Assembly: GCA_004764695.1 (NCBI GenBank)
Contig: SMSO01000007.1
Coordinates: 2,425,270-2,489,269 of the forward strand
Length of the DNA: 64,000 bases
DNA from: Schizochytrium sp. TIO01
Taxonomy: Eukaryota > Protista > Bigyra: Labyrinthulomycetes
Direction: 5' to 3'
Part shown: positions 1 to 11,383 of the stretch, piece by piece
Position numbering within the stretch: position 1 is the first letter of the stretch
Layout of the letters: each line of letters opens with the position of its first letter
Notes under the pieces: model-generated
The model's database searches: none
The model's input: the letters and a program-made list of their open reading frames with translations, nothing else
What the model was told of the DNA's origin: nothing
Program-made: the position numbers and the translations under genes

Positions 1-178
1 CGACCCACTCAGAGTTACTTACGCACGGGCGAGGCCAATGAAGAAGCTGGAGCGAGTTGGTTTCGTTGTCTCCAAACGCCTTTTTGATTTCTGCCAGAGA
101 GGAGGTTGGTTGCCTCGAGTGGCTTTTGCCGTCTCTTTCTTTGTGTTTCAAGTTGTTCTGTGAAAAATCTTTCTCTTC

Positions 179-218
179 TTTTCTTTCTTTCCTTCTTTCT
201 TTCTTTCTTTCTTTCTTC
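179..218. repeat. (CTTT)n microsatellite
   Basis: Imperfect CTTT run read directly from the sequence. Confidence 0.8.
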
Positions 219-1078
219 CTCTGTTTCTTTCTCTCTTTATTGGCTCATTCGCTGTTATGTTAGTCTGCGGAGTAGGGACAAATGAGCTCTGAGTTGGAAT
301 GTTATTCATCGGCGCGGGGACCCACAGAGCAAGTTGGAGCAAGGAATCGATCGATCGACTGCGCCAAAGAGAAGCACGCAACAAAACTAAGCGACGCGAA
401 GGCGCTCTCCGGGATATTTGCTCTAGCACTAGGGAGTGAATGGTTACCTGGTTACCTGGAGCTAGCTAGCTCTTTTCTGCTTTATCATGCAAGCGCTAAG
501 TGATTTATATTTGTGTCTTCATCTTTTCTGTTTATTTTTAGCTAAAACTTTTAATTTATTAAAATAACAAAAATCGACTTTAAAGAAAGAAAGAAAGAAA
601 GAAAGTCTCTATTCTTCAAGTTCAAGTTGAAGTGCTTCTTCAACTTGAAAGGTTGTTTATTATCTGGGTGGGCAAGCGCTTTGAAGAACAGCAGCAGACC
701 GCCTTTGCCAGAACCTGTAGAGGAACGGACCATTCCTCGCGCCAACAGCACTGACATTGACATTGATTGCCAGCAGCAGTGGCTGCGCAGGGGATTCAGG
801 AGGACACGTACGACCACCCCTGCCAGGCAGCCAGACCATAACGTCATTGCTGCCGCTGTTGGATGATTCATTGAACGAGCGACTGTGCCCAATTTTATAG
901 AAGGTACTACCTACTAACTAGCTAGTAGTACAGAGTAGTAGTTCAAATAGAACCCAGGGCATATTTGGGAGTTGATATTGGCGTTTCGCTCCGGCGCCCT
1001 GGCAGAACTGTGACACCCGGGCTTCACCAGGTCCGAAGCTGCTCGCGAGTTGGACAGCTTACACGTGGGTAGATCAAA

Positions 1079-4000
1079 ATGATTAACAACAACAATAATA
1101 ACAATATAACTAGCAGCCACAGGGGTGCAGAACCTAATTCGAGCCTTGACAACTCAGGAATTCCATCTTCACCATCTGCTTCATCATTAACAGCACCAGC
1201 ACCACCTGGATCGACAGAGACGAGCATGGCAGGGTCTAGAAACCCAAGCGTTCATCATTATGACCATGCAAGTTTTTACGAGGTTTACGAAGATAACATC
1301 TCGCTACAGAAGACGCTTCCATCTGCAAAAGCCCTGTACAGCAACAAAAATGCCATGGAAGCGATGAATCCAGGAGATAACTCGTCCGATGATGATAACA
1401 ATGCTGCCAAGCGCTTCGGCACCATGTTTGGCGTCTACTTGCCATGTCTGCAGAACATTCTTGGTGTTATTCTCTTTATTCGTCTGCCCTGGATTGTATC
1501 ACAGGCAGGCACAGTTCTTACAACTGTTATTGTTGCTTTGTGCGTCTTATCCACCTCTCTCACAGCGCTTTCCATGAGTGCACTCGCGACCAATGGCAAG
1601 GTTGGTGCAGGTGGCCCCTATGGTATCTTGTTACAAAACCTTGGCCCAGAAATTGCTGGCAGTATCGGCGTGCTTTTCTATCTTGGCACAACCATTGCTG
1701 GCACCATGTATGCTTTGGGAGGTGTTGAGGCCATGTTCACAAGCTTTGACTTGGCGGACTCTCTCTTTACCTTTGACCGCCAGATCATTGCCATTCTCTG
1801 GACTTTGATGCTTGGCTCCATTGTCTTCGCTGGCATGAAATGGGTTGCTAAGGTTTCTTTGCTTTTCCTTACTATTGTTCTCATGGCAGTCACCTTGATG
1901 ACTCTTGGCGCTTTCTTATTTGCAGGAGGTGCAAAATCTCCTGACGGTGTGGAGCACGCCAGCGCTTTGAACGAGAATATGCGATCAAATTTTACGCTCG
2001 ACCCGGACACGGGCCGCACCCCCAGTTTCACCTCCCTCATCGCACTATTCTATCCGTCAGTAACTGGTATCATGGCAGGATCCAACCGCTCAGGTGTGCT
2101 CGCAGACCCTGGTCGCTCCATTCCTAAGGGGACTTTAAGTGCAATTGGCACGACCACATTGCTATATTTAATAACTGTTTGGGTCTTCGGACTTACAGTT
2201 GCAAATGAGACCCTCAAAACTAACAAGCTCGTAGCTTCTAGCATCGCTTGGCCGCATCCTTATGTTGTGGCTATAGGTATTATCATGTCTTGCGTTGGTG
2301 CAGGCCTTCAGTCATTAGCAGGCGCTCCTCAATTGCTTAAAAGCATCGCTAACGATGGCCATATCCCGTTTTTGCGGGTGTTCGGTACCAAGCACCCTGA
2401 CGATGAACCTCGCCGCGCTGTAATGTTCACTACTGGTCTTGCAGCAACGGTTTGCCTTGCTGGTAACCTGGACTACATCACGCCGATCATCACCATGTTT
2501 TTTCTATCCATGTATGGCTCCATTAATCTGGCGTGTTTCTTGTCCGGAGTTCTCAAGTCCCCAAGCTTCCGTCCGACATGGAGATACTTTCACTGGTCCA
2601 CCGCTCTTCTGGGCTTTTTGGTTTGTGCAGTGATGATGTTTGTGATTTCTGCGATTTATGCCTTTGTTGCAATTGTTTTAGTTTGTTTTGTCTACATTTA
2701 CATTCGCTCCCATCGCGAAAAGAAGGAATGGGGCAGTGCATTATTTGGTTTACGTATGGACCAGGCAATGAATGCCCTTCTGGACCTCTCAGATATGTCT
2801 CGAGACCGTATGCGCCGAGCACGCCGCAGGCGTCGTCGGGAACGCCATGCTCGGCGTCGACATGAGAAGCAGGGTTCTCTACTCGAGGACGACGCAAGCA
2901 CTTTCTCACGCCGCACACTCTCATGGCTACGGTTCTCGTCGTCCATGCCTCTGTCTAAAAAAACGAAATTGAATGATGGTTCTGTAGTGCAAACCAATGA
3001 TATCGAAGCCCAAACAAACTCCCATGACTCTGACTCTTCTTCAAGCTATTCTGATTTCGAAGATTCTGATGACGATGCAAGCTCTCTTGGCGGAGATTAT
3101 GGTGCAGATGCAAACGATGCTTTTAGAGATGCGGCTGGAGGTACAACAACTGAGAAGAACTGGCGTCCACAAATTCTTGTCCTCTGTAAACTCGATCCCA
3201 AACATCACCCGCGTCATAGCGCTGATCCCGAAGATGCGGAAATCCCTTGTCCGCGAAAACCGAAGAATTTTCAAGTGAGTAACCCAAGTCTTTTGCGTCT
3301 TGCATCACAACTCAAGAAGGGACGTGGACTTACAATCATCACCTCTGTACTTCATGGCGATATTATGGACGAAAGCAATAAAGTGAGATGCGCCAATGCT
3401 CGCTACCTGCTTTCCAATGAACTTGTCAATCATGATGTGCGCGGATTCACAGATGTAGTTATGGGTTCTGGACCAAACTTACTTGAGCCTTTACGGGTGC
3501 TCTTTCAATCCAAGGGTCTTGGCATGCTCTCACCGAATACAGTGATGCTTGGCTGGCCTCAGACATGGCGGGAGGTAGATGAAACGACTCAGGCAGCTCA
3601 GCAGCAGCAGCAAACACAATCTCCGCGTCGATCCAAAAACAACAGCAAGAACCGATTTCGGCGACATAATAGTCATGGAAGTCCTCTTGGAAAAGAGTTT
3701 GGTAGTGGTTCAAACAATACCAAGACCAGTACTGAAACAAATCACCTCATTGCCCTCAGTCATAAAGAATCTTATGTGCAGCTTCTTAAGGATGCAATCG
3801 GATGTCAAAAGGCTCTCATGGTTGTCAAGGCCAAAACAGACTTCCCTGAAGAGCCTGCTCATTGCACAAGCACCATTGATGTTTGGTGGTTGATCCATGA
3901 TGGTGACATGCTTGTAATGCTCCCTTACCTGCTTAGACGCCATAGGGTATGGGCTGGTACCAAGCTCCGCATTTTCGCTATTGCCGATGACCTTGTCAAC

Positions 4001-5029
4001 TTCGGTGCTTCACAAGCAGCACTGCGCAAACATTTGCAAGATCTTCGCATTGAAGCCCATATTGAAATGATTCACGTTGGTGCTTCACATGCACGCGATG
4101 TTGACCAAAATAGAACTGTAATGGTTCGTCCCTCAGATCAAGGCGATCAGAACCGAATTCTCTCGGCAAATATGTTCAAACCTCTAGCTGAAGATGGCGA
4201 TCCTCCGTCTCCATCTGATACTTCCTTTCCCAGTGCAAGTATAGAGGCTACTGGAAATGGGCCGAATCAAGATGGAAGCGATGTTGAGGCTTCTCAGCAT
4301 CGGCACCGGGGCCCCCTCCCTTTAATTCGCTCACTTTCACGCCGTGCTTCTCTTGAGCGAGGTCGACCTCTTCATGATCCTGCTTTGTCTGGCGCTCCAG
4401 ATCTTGGACAAATTGCCGAGCACATTCGCAATAGCAGTGGTGAGGAAACCCAACGTTGGATTCAGGAGAAGTACGGGTCTCAGCCATCAAATGCTTTGCA
4501 ATCGCTATTTGCACCCATGAACAATATTGAAGAAGAGGACGGCGTTGAGGAGCATGAAGTGAGCTTGACTGATGGCAAAGAACCACAAGAAACCTCGATG
4601 TCTCAATTGAATAAAGATGAGCAAACTAAGCCAGCCGATGGCTGCGTAGAAAGCAATGAGTCTTCATTTGATATCTCTAGACATGCGGCACCAACAGGTC
4701 GGCATCATACTAATCATAAGTGCCGCAATAATAACCTTGAAGAACCATTCTACCCTGAAATGTACCCTGCATTCCATCGACGCGCAACAATTTTGAATCA
4801 AAGAGCAAATGATACGGAGCGTTTAACTAAACGTCTCCGAACTGCTGAGTACCTTAATGCCAAGATTCGTGAGCACTCGCTTAACGCAGACCTTGTAGTA
4901 CTTAATCTACCACTGTCGCGTACTACACCAACGCAAGAATTTATTCAGTACACTGAGACGCTCACGAGCGGTTTACCCCGTGTTGTCATGTTGCGTGGCC
5001 ACGGAAACGAGCATGTGAAGTCTCTGTAA
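1079..5029 (+). CDS. Cation-chloride cotransporter (SLC12), K-Cl cotransporter (KCC)/plant CCC1-like, 1316 aa, intronless
   Basis: KCC-type motifs: FGTMFGVYLPCLQNILGVILFIRLPWIV, LGPEIAGSIGVLFYLG, FYPSVTGIMAGSNRSG, SPSFRPTWRYFHW, KNWRPQILVLCKL, SQLKKGRGLTI, TIDVWWLIHDGDML, C-terminal LPRVVMLRGHG; multiple hydrophobic TM segments. Start could be the later ATG at 1226. Confidence 0.95.
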   Translation: MINNNNNNNITSSHRGAEPNSSLDNSGIPSSPSASSLTAPAPPGSTETSMAGSRNPSVHHYDHASFYEVYEDNISLQKTLPSAKALYSNKNAMEAMNPGDNSSDDDNNAAKRFGTMFGVYLPCLQNILGVILFIRLPWIVSQAGTVLTTVIVALCVLSTSLTALSMSALATNGKVGAGGPYGILLQNLGPEIAGSIGVLFYLGTTIAGTMYALGGVEAMFTSFDLADSLFTFDRQIIAILWTLMLGSIVFAGMKWVAKVSLLFLTIVLMAVTLMTLGAFLFAGGAKSPDGVEHASALNENMRSNFTLDPDTGRTPSFTSLIALFYPSVTGIMAGSNRSGVLADPGRSIPKGTLSAIGTTTLLYLITVWVFGLTVANETLKTNKLVASSIAWPHPYVVAIGIIMSCVGAGLQSLAGAPQLLKSIANDGHIPFLRVFGTKHPDDEPRRAVMFTTGLAATVCLAGNLDYITPIITMFFLSMYGSINLACFLSGVLKSPSFRPTWRYFHWSTALLGFLVCAVMMFVISAIYAFVAIVLVCFVYIYIRSHREKKEWGSALFGLRMDQAMNALLDLSDMSRDRMRRARRRRRRERHARRRHEKQGSLLEDDASTFSRRTLSWLRFSSSMPLSKKTKLNDGSVVQTNDIEAQTNSHDSDSSSSYSDFEDSDDDASSLGGDYGADANDAFRDAAGGTTTEKNWRPQILVLCKLDPKHHPRHSADPEDAEIPCPRKPKNFQVSNPSLLRLASQLKKGRGLTIITSVLHGDIMDESNKVRCANARYLLSNELVNHDVRGFTDVVMGSGPNLLEPLRVLFQSKGLGMLSPNTVMLGWPQTWREVDETTQAAQQQQQTQSPRRSKNNSKNRFRRHNSHGSPLGKEFGSGSNNTKTSTETNHLIALSHKESYVQLLKDAIGCQKALMVVKAKTDFPEEPAHCTSTIDVWWLIHDGDMLVMLPYLLRRHRVWAGTKLRIFAIADDLVNFGASQAALRKHLQDLRIEAHIEMIHVGASHARDVDQNRTVMVRPSDQGDQNRILSANMFKPLAEDGDPPSPSDTSFPSASIEATGNGPNQDGSDVEASQHRHRGPLPLIRSLSRRASLERGRPLHDPALSGAPDLGQIAEHIRNSSGEETQRWIQEKYGSQPSNALQSLFAPMNNIEEEDGVEEHEVSLTDGKEPQETSMSQLNKDEQTKPADGCVESNESSFDISRHAAPTGRHHTNHKCRNNNLEEPFYPEMYPAFHRRATILNQRANDTERLTKRLRTAEYLNAKIREHSLNADLVVLNLPLSRTTPTQEFIQYTETLTSGLPRVVMLRGHGNEHVKSL

Positions 5030-5925
5030 TGCAAGTTACTACTAATTTTTCGAAGATAAAATATAAGTCTCATATTTTGTTTCAAACATTTACAAACATG
5101 TTATTGGACAACAATGTAGATGTACTTTCTTTAGCATTCCATGCTTAGCCGCAACTTGTTATGGCACATATGCGAAAAATGTTCAAGAAACTCACGTTGC
5201 ATATTAATTTCTGACAATATACATAATGTAATCTAGACAATCTTTATTCATTTTAACAAAAATCATTTATTGGAGGGTAAGGCGATTTGATTTTAGTTCG
5301 GCCTGAAGTCAATTTGTTGCTAGAGAGCATTAAACAACTTTGAACCAACGAAAAACATCTACGATATTCTTTTTTTAAATTAAATTTGTTAATTTGAATA
5401 TCAGAACAAAGATAGGCTTCAATTCGTCGTTGAGGTGAACTGAATATTGATAGTGCATGAATTTAAGGAGACCAACTATCTTGATTTATTTAAAACCTTG
5501 CATTGCTGAAACACCAATAAGATCAATCCCATGGCCTGCATAGTTGTAAAATGGGGATAGAATAAAGAAAGAAAAAAAGGAATTCATAATCGATTAACCC
5601 CCCTTATGGTGATAGATTGATGATTGATAAGTGAATCACGTTGGCAAGATTAGATAGGGGGAAGGCGTATCTCAACAGGTGTGCGAAGTGATAAACCTCG
5701 AGCTGTCTCGCAGAAATAATGCAGATTGGCAGAACGCGCCGAGGCATGGGTCAAGGCGGGCATGCGACAGAAACAAGGTTGGGAGTGTATTTCATGCATG
5801 CTGACTAAGTGCTTGCTTTCCACACAAGAGAGAAATAATTCAAGGGAAACAACGACGGGCGAGGGCAGCAGCAGTATCAAAGCCTATCATCATCACATGT
5901 GTTGCAAGTTTTGTCTTGTGTTTTT

Positions 5926-7137
5926 TTACTTGGAGTACTCAAAGGTGCCGTGCTCAGCCTTGATGGTCAGTTTGCTGCCGGCGTCCACACCACCCTCGAG
6001 GGCCTCGACACGGCCAACGACTTGTGCGTGCACGTTGAAGGACTTGGAGATAGCAATGATCTGCTCTGCGACCTGCTCGTCGACGTAGAGTTCGAGGCGG
6101 TGGCCCATGTTGAAGACCTTGTACATTTCCTTCCAGTCGGTGCCAGAGCACTCGTGGATGATTTTGAAGAGAGGCGGGATCTCGAGCATGTTGTCCTTGA
6201 TGGCGTGGCATCCAGCAGGCAAAAAGTGGAGAATCTTGGTCTGAGCGCCACCACTGCAGTGCACAATACCCTTGATAGTGCTGCGTTCGATCTCTGCAAA
6301 GATCTTCTTGAGAATGGGCGCATAGGTACGAGTCGGCGAAAGCACGAGCTTTCCAGCAGTGACAGTGTTTCCAGCCTCATCGATCGTGACCGGGTCTGTG
6401 AGACCGTATTTTCCAGAGTACACGAGGTCCTCGGGAGTGCCAGGGTTGAAGCTCTCAGGGTACTTGGTCATGAGCTCCTTCTTGAACACGTCGTGTCTCG
6501 CAGAGGTGAGGCCGTTCGAGCCCATACCTCCGTTGTACTCCGTTTCGTAGGAGGCCTGGCCGTAAGAGGAGAGACCCACGATTACGTTCCCGACGCAGAT
6601 GTTGCCATTGTCGATGACCTTGGAAAGCGGCATACGCGTGACCACGGTGGAGTCAACGATGACTGAGCGCACGAGGTCGCCGACGTCTGCGGTCTCGCCT
6701 CCGGAAAGCACAGTGTCGATGCCCTGGGTGCGCATCTCCTGCAAAAAGTCCTCGGTTCCCTGGATAAGAGCAGAGACGACCTCACCAGGCACGAGCTGTT
6801 TGTTCCGGTTGATGATGGACGAGAGCATGATCTTCTCCTCGACGGCGCCACAGCAAGCGACATCGTCCAAGTTCATAACAATGGCGTCCTGAGCAATGCC
6901 CTTCCACACAGAAAGGTCTCCAGTCTCCTTCCAGTACATGTATCCCAGAGAGGACTTGGTGCCGGCGCCGTCAGCGTGCATGATGAGGCCATAGTCCTCA
7001 GATGCGAGGTCGGGCACGATCTTGCAGAAGGCATTCGGGAAGAGACCCTTGTCCACGTTCTTAATGGCATCGTGCACGTCCTCCTTGTCGGTGCTTACAC
7101 CACGGGCGGCGTAGCGCTGGGCTCCGGAGCTCGGCAT
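5926..7137 (-). CDS. purM: Phosphoribosylformylglycinamidine cyclo-ligase (AIR synthetase), stand-alone Bacteroidetes-type, 403 aa
   Basis: First ATG at 7137 (MPSSGAQRYAARGVSTDKEDVHDAIKNVDKGLFP). Motifs MHADGAGTKSSL, GIAQDAIVMNLDD, GGETADVGD, GSNGLTSARHD, LSPTRTY, HCSGGAQTK, EMYKVFNMGHR. Confidence 0.95.
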   Translation of the reverse strand: MPSSGAQRYAARGVSTDKEDVHDAIKNVDKGLFPNAFCKIVPDLASEDYGLIMHADGAGTKSSLGYMYWKETGDLSVWKGIAQDAIVMNLDDVACCGAVEEKIMLSSIINRNKQLVPGEVVSALIQGTEDFLQEMRTQGIDTVLSGGETADVGDLVRSVIVDSTVVTRMPLSKVIDNGNICVGNVIVGLSSYGQASYETEYNGGMGSNGLTSARHDVFKKELMTKYPESFNPGTPEDLVYSGKYGLTDPVTIDEAGNTVTAGKLVLSPTRTYAPILKKIFAEIERSTIKGIVHCSGGAQTKILHFLPAGCHAIKDNMLEIPPLFKIIHECSGTDWKEMYKVFNMGHRLELYVDEQVAEQIIAISKSFNVHAQVVGRVEALEGGVDAGSKLTIKAEHGTFEYSK

Positions 7138-7300
7138 CTTGGGAAGGTGGTGCGCGATGTACGTAGGTTTGTGATTGTTTGTTTGATTGTTTGGTTGCTC
7201 TCTTTGCTCCCTTTGCCTGCTTTGCAATTGAGAAAGAATTGCTTTCCAAAGAAGGAAGGCACTGTTGGTGGTGGTTGTGGAGTAAAAAGAATAAAAAAAA

Positions 7301-7495
<195 letters not shown>

Positions 7496-9861
7496 AAAGA
7501 GTCAATGAGCAAACAATGGTATGTACCTGTGCAACACCAATTGGAGAAGAAGATGGACAACCACGGTTGCCTTGTTTGTCAACAGTTGCCAGTGCAATTG
7601 ATGTCTGATTCCACTCTTGCAAGTTGTCAGTCAACCAAAAGACTAAGCAACTTGGAGAAATAAAACTTGGAGAAATGAAGAACGCGGAAATGAGCTTGAA
7701 GAAATGGAGAAGAACAGCGAGGTTTACCTATCATACTATGATAGTAAAATAGGCCTACGACGACTTGCTAGTACTACCTAGGTACCTACTACTGCGCCAC
7801 AGACTTCGGGTCCTGTGTATTCATGGCACATGGACGCTACCCATCGAAGTTCAACACTCGCGACGTGCGAACAAGTAGAATACACCAGGGAGCAGAGCTA
7901 ACTCGTGTTGCGAGCTCTGCACCAGGCAAGCAAGAGGTCTCCAAGCTCACCCCGCCCTGATCAGAGAAGGGCGAATCAATTTGTCAATGATTGACAAGCA
8001 CCAGTCAAATTAACTAATACTTCCCAGTAAGCACCACTACTGGAACACGCCGTCTATTGCTGCACTGCGATTCTCAGAAGCCCGCTGCCAGTGTCTGCAA
8101 GGGCAACGAGAGAGGATGAGCTCCGACGTCAAGCCCTGGGTACATGTAAACTCCTTCGTGGAAGCAGATAAAGTTGAGGAAACGGAAGAGGAGAACGCAC
8201 AGATTATATTTTTGGAGGCATTGGCGAGGGGAAAATTGTGACAAGAATCGGTGGCGAGACGAAGAAGGAGAACCGGTCATGCCTTGGTAAGATGAGATAC
8301 ACTAAACTAGTAGGACCAATATAGATGAGATCTCCAAACGTAGGTACCTAGTACCACCTAGCAAAGTTCTCTGCGTGTAACGTAACAGAAAGCTTTCTGC
8401 TGATCGAGGAGCAAATGATGAGGTTACAAAGATTACCTTTTTCATCGATATTCTTTGGTCCGTGGTAAGGATGTTTAATGGCAAGCTTAAACTTTCTTTA
8501 TACGCCACTCGTATTTTCTCGGAGCATTCACCACATACTTCTGGGAAAGGAGAATTTAAAGTTGCACGTGAAAACTTTGGCAAATGATCCTATCGTGATT
8601 CTGTACTTTTCTGTACACAATGCGCGATGCAAAACCAATAGTAAGGAGGCTATTTTTAACTATTGCGTGGTTATAAGTATTTGATGCCTTTTCCTTTCAC
8701 AAGGACGACATGCCTAAGACTAGAGCAAACTCTCACTTGAAGGCTAGGATTAATTGAAGACCGAAAATAATTCTGCAGTAACCCATCATGAAATTTACAT
8801 GCTTCTCAAGGCTGAGCTTCATATTTGTTTACATTTCGCAATAAACAGAGGTTAAGGATTTCAAGTTCTTCAGCTCTTGTCGATTAAATTTGGTGAGATG
8901 AAAAAAAAATGGAAAGATTGAGTACCTTGTCTGAATGCACGCAACAGAAATTGCAGGAGACAAACTAAGCTGAAATTGTGTGCCTGTTAAGGTAGCTAGC
9001 TACGTAAGGCAATGATAATTCTGACTTTTGAGTGGATTGTGCCGAATGACTTGACTTAAAAGAATTGGCTACACCTTCGCAAGTTTGCAAAGTAAATCTA
9101 TTGGCAAGTCAGCAAGTAAAACGAGCTTAAGAATATCAGTTTTAACGGGGAAGGAAACTCTACATACCTTTACTCGCACATTCAGACATGTTATAATTTA
9201 TAGGTGACGACCTCTTGCATTATAATCAATCTATTCTATCACCTCTCTTGGCGCGCATACAATATAAATATATATAAAACATTAGTAATTGATCTTACCT
9301 AGTTAAGAACAGAACTAACTAACTCACTATAGGTATTTGTTCCCTTCAGAAATATTTGCTCGTTCTAACCATGTTTCGTTCTAAATTGTGTTCCATATCG
9401 TTCTAATTGGATAAGAACGTTTTATAAATGATTATCTAACTTTTGGCATTAATCAGCAGCATGATGATCCTTATTTGCAAATGCTGAGACAATAACCTCA
9501 AAGAAAGTTGAAAGTCCAAGCTCCATGTGCATTAAAGTTAAGCAGATGGAAACTCAGAAGAGTTTAGTTGCACATTTACGCAATACCTAGCATAAATGAA
9601 GGAGAAGGATTGTTAGTGGGTCTTGATGAGCAAGTTTACCTACGTAATATTGACTTAGCCTTAGCTATAATAAATAATATTATTATTTGCGAATTCAAAC
9701 GAAAGATCAGTCGATCAGCGAATCCAAAGTCAATTCCAATTGTTCAGGATCGCCCGAGAGCGGCCCTCGTCTCCTTCTTCGCAGCAAAGACTTGAAGTCA
9801 AGCCGCGACTGGTCACTTGGAGCCTCTGATCTCGACGCTGAGCAAAGAGTAAAAGAAGAGT

Positions 9862-11383
9862 ATGTCCTCCTCCTCCTCCTCCGCCACAACGGGAGCCTCG
9901 GGCTCGCGAGCAGCGGCACCATCCGGGTCTGCGCGAACAGCGGATATGTTTTTGAAGTACGACGAAAACGCAATCGCAAAGCTACGAGGAGAAAAACCGT
10001 GGATGGAAGAGTAAGTTATGAGTTTGTCCTCGTGTTTGTTTTCTAATAAACAGCAGGAGTTGAAGTTCGTTCGTTTATATCTTTTGGTGGATTTTTGCTC
10101 ACGGATTGTATCAACATTTTTCTCTGGATATGCTTGAGAAGGAGCCATCACTACGAAATACATTAGCAAGCGTAAATGAGAGATGCAGATAGCTAACGTT
10201 CTTCTTTTGCGATTCATTTCTTTAATGTGCAACGGCGATTACGCTTTAATGGATAGTGCAAAGTACTTCAAGGAAGTCCGTGTATCTGCATGTGCTGCCA
10301 TGAAAATGATGGCCCACGCCGTGTCCGGCGTTGAAAAGGGGATGAACAGCGGAGGAAAACCAGTGGAAGTTATGGGACTTATGATGGGGCACCTGTGTCC
10401 GGATAGCCCGCAGACCCTTGTAGTCAGCGATTGCTTTCCGCTCCCCATTGAAGGAGCAGAAACAAGAGTGCTCGCAGACGACCAGGAGGTTATTAATTTT
10501 ATGATTGGGCTTGGCGAGTCCCTTGAGAGAACGCGTGAGGAGCGCTTTATGGGATGGTACCACAGTCACCCTTTTGATGTTGAAGTGCATTCACACTGTT
10601 TCATGTCCTCCACTGATATCTCCACCCAGTTAGGCTGGCAGCGTGCTGAGGATCGCAACGGAAATCCGTGGCTTGCCATTGTTATTGACCCGCTCCGCTC
10701 GCTGGCCAAAGGCCGACCAGAGATGGGAGCATTTCGGGCATACCCTCCTGAGTATAACTCGCCTTCGAACGAACTTCCTGATGGGAACTATTGAAACTGA
10801 TGATAAATCTCGGATCGAACGTTGGGGTGCAGCTTGGAATCGCTACCACGCGCTCAAGGTTGATTTTTTTATGAGCTCACTTAGTGCGAATGTCCTAGCG
10901 CTCATCTCGAAGAACTATTTGTGGATGAGCGCGATTTCCTCAACGCCAACCATTGAAAAGGAGTACAGAGACCGATTCGCGGAGCGCGTAAATGGCGTAT
11001 TGACAAAACTAGAAAAGGCTGACCCAATGCACAGGTCCATGCAAGGTTTGGGGGCAACGGATATTAGTGTTTTATCTAGAAATTTGGTTGCTGATCCTGG
11101 GATGCCATCTCCTCTCATGGAGACTGGAGCGGTAGGAGGATCCCTGCAACGTCTATCTAGCCGAGGACCCAGAAGTGATCTTGAAGGCAGTGGTAGCATC
11201 GGCATGGACGTGAGTGGAAGTCAGTCCTCCGTAGGGTCTAGCCAAGTGAGTGGTCGCTCATTTAACCAAACGCTCATGGATAAAACGACCCAATCTGCTA
11301 GCGACTTATCAATGGAACAGATTCAAACACAGCTCAGCCAAATTGCTAAGCACCTCCTCTTTGCTACACCATCCTCTTCTTAG
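9862..11383 (+). CDS. CSN5: COP9 signalosome subunit 5 (JAMM/MPN+ deneddylase); exon 1 9862-10010, exon 2 10257-11383 with a +1 frameshift at about 10783-10794
   Basis: Splicing gives ...KYDENAIAKLRGEKPWMED-AKYFKEVRVSACAAMKMMAHA, matching the CSN5 N-terminus. Also EVMGLMMG, FPLPIEGAETRV, GWYHSHP...STD, AIVIDPLRS..GAFRAYP. The C-terminal part (ERWGAAWNRYHALKVDFFMSSL...YLWMSAISS) is in the +1 frame. About 424 aa if repaired. Confidence 0.9.
10011..10256 (+). other. Spliceosomal intron of CSN5 (246 bp)
   Basis: GTAAGT donor at 10011, GCTAAC branch-like motif at 10192-10197, TAG acceptor ending 10256; the join restores frame and conserved sequence. Confidence 0.85.

Noticed and set aside
5899-6666. 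255-aa plus-strand ORF
   Set aside because: Antisense shadow of purM caused by codon bias; the same applies to 15812-16630 (dynein) and 30762-31388 (ARL1).
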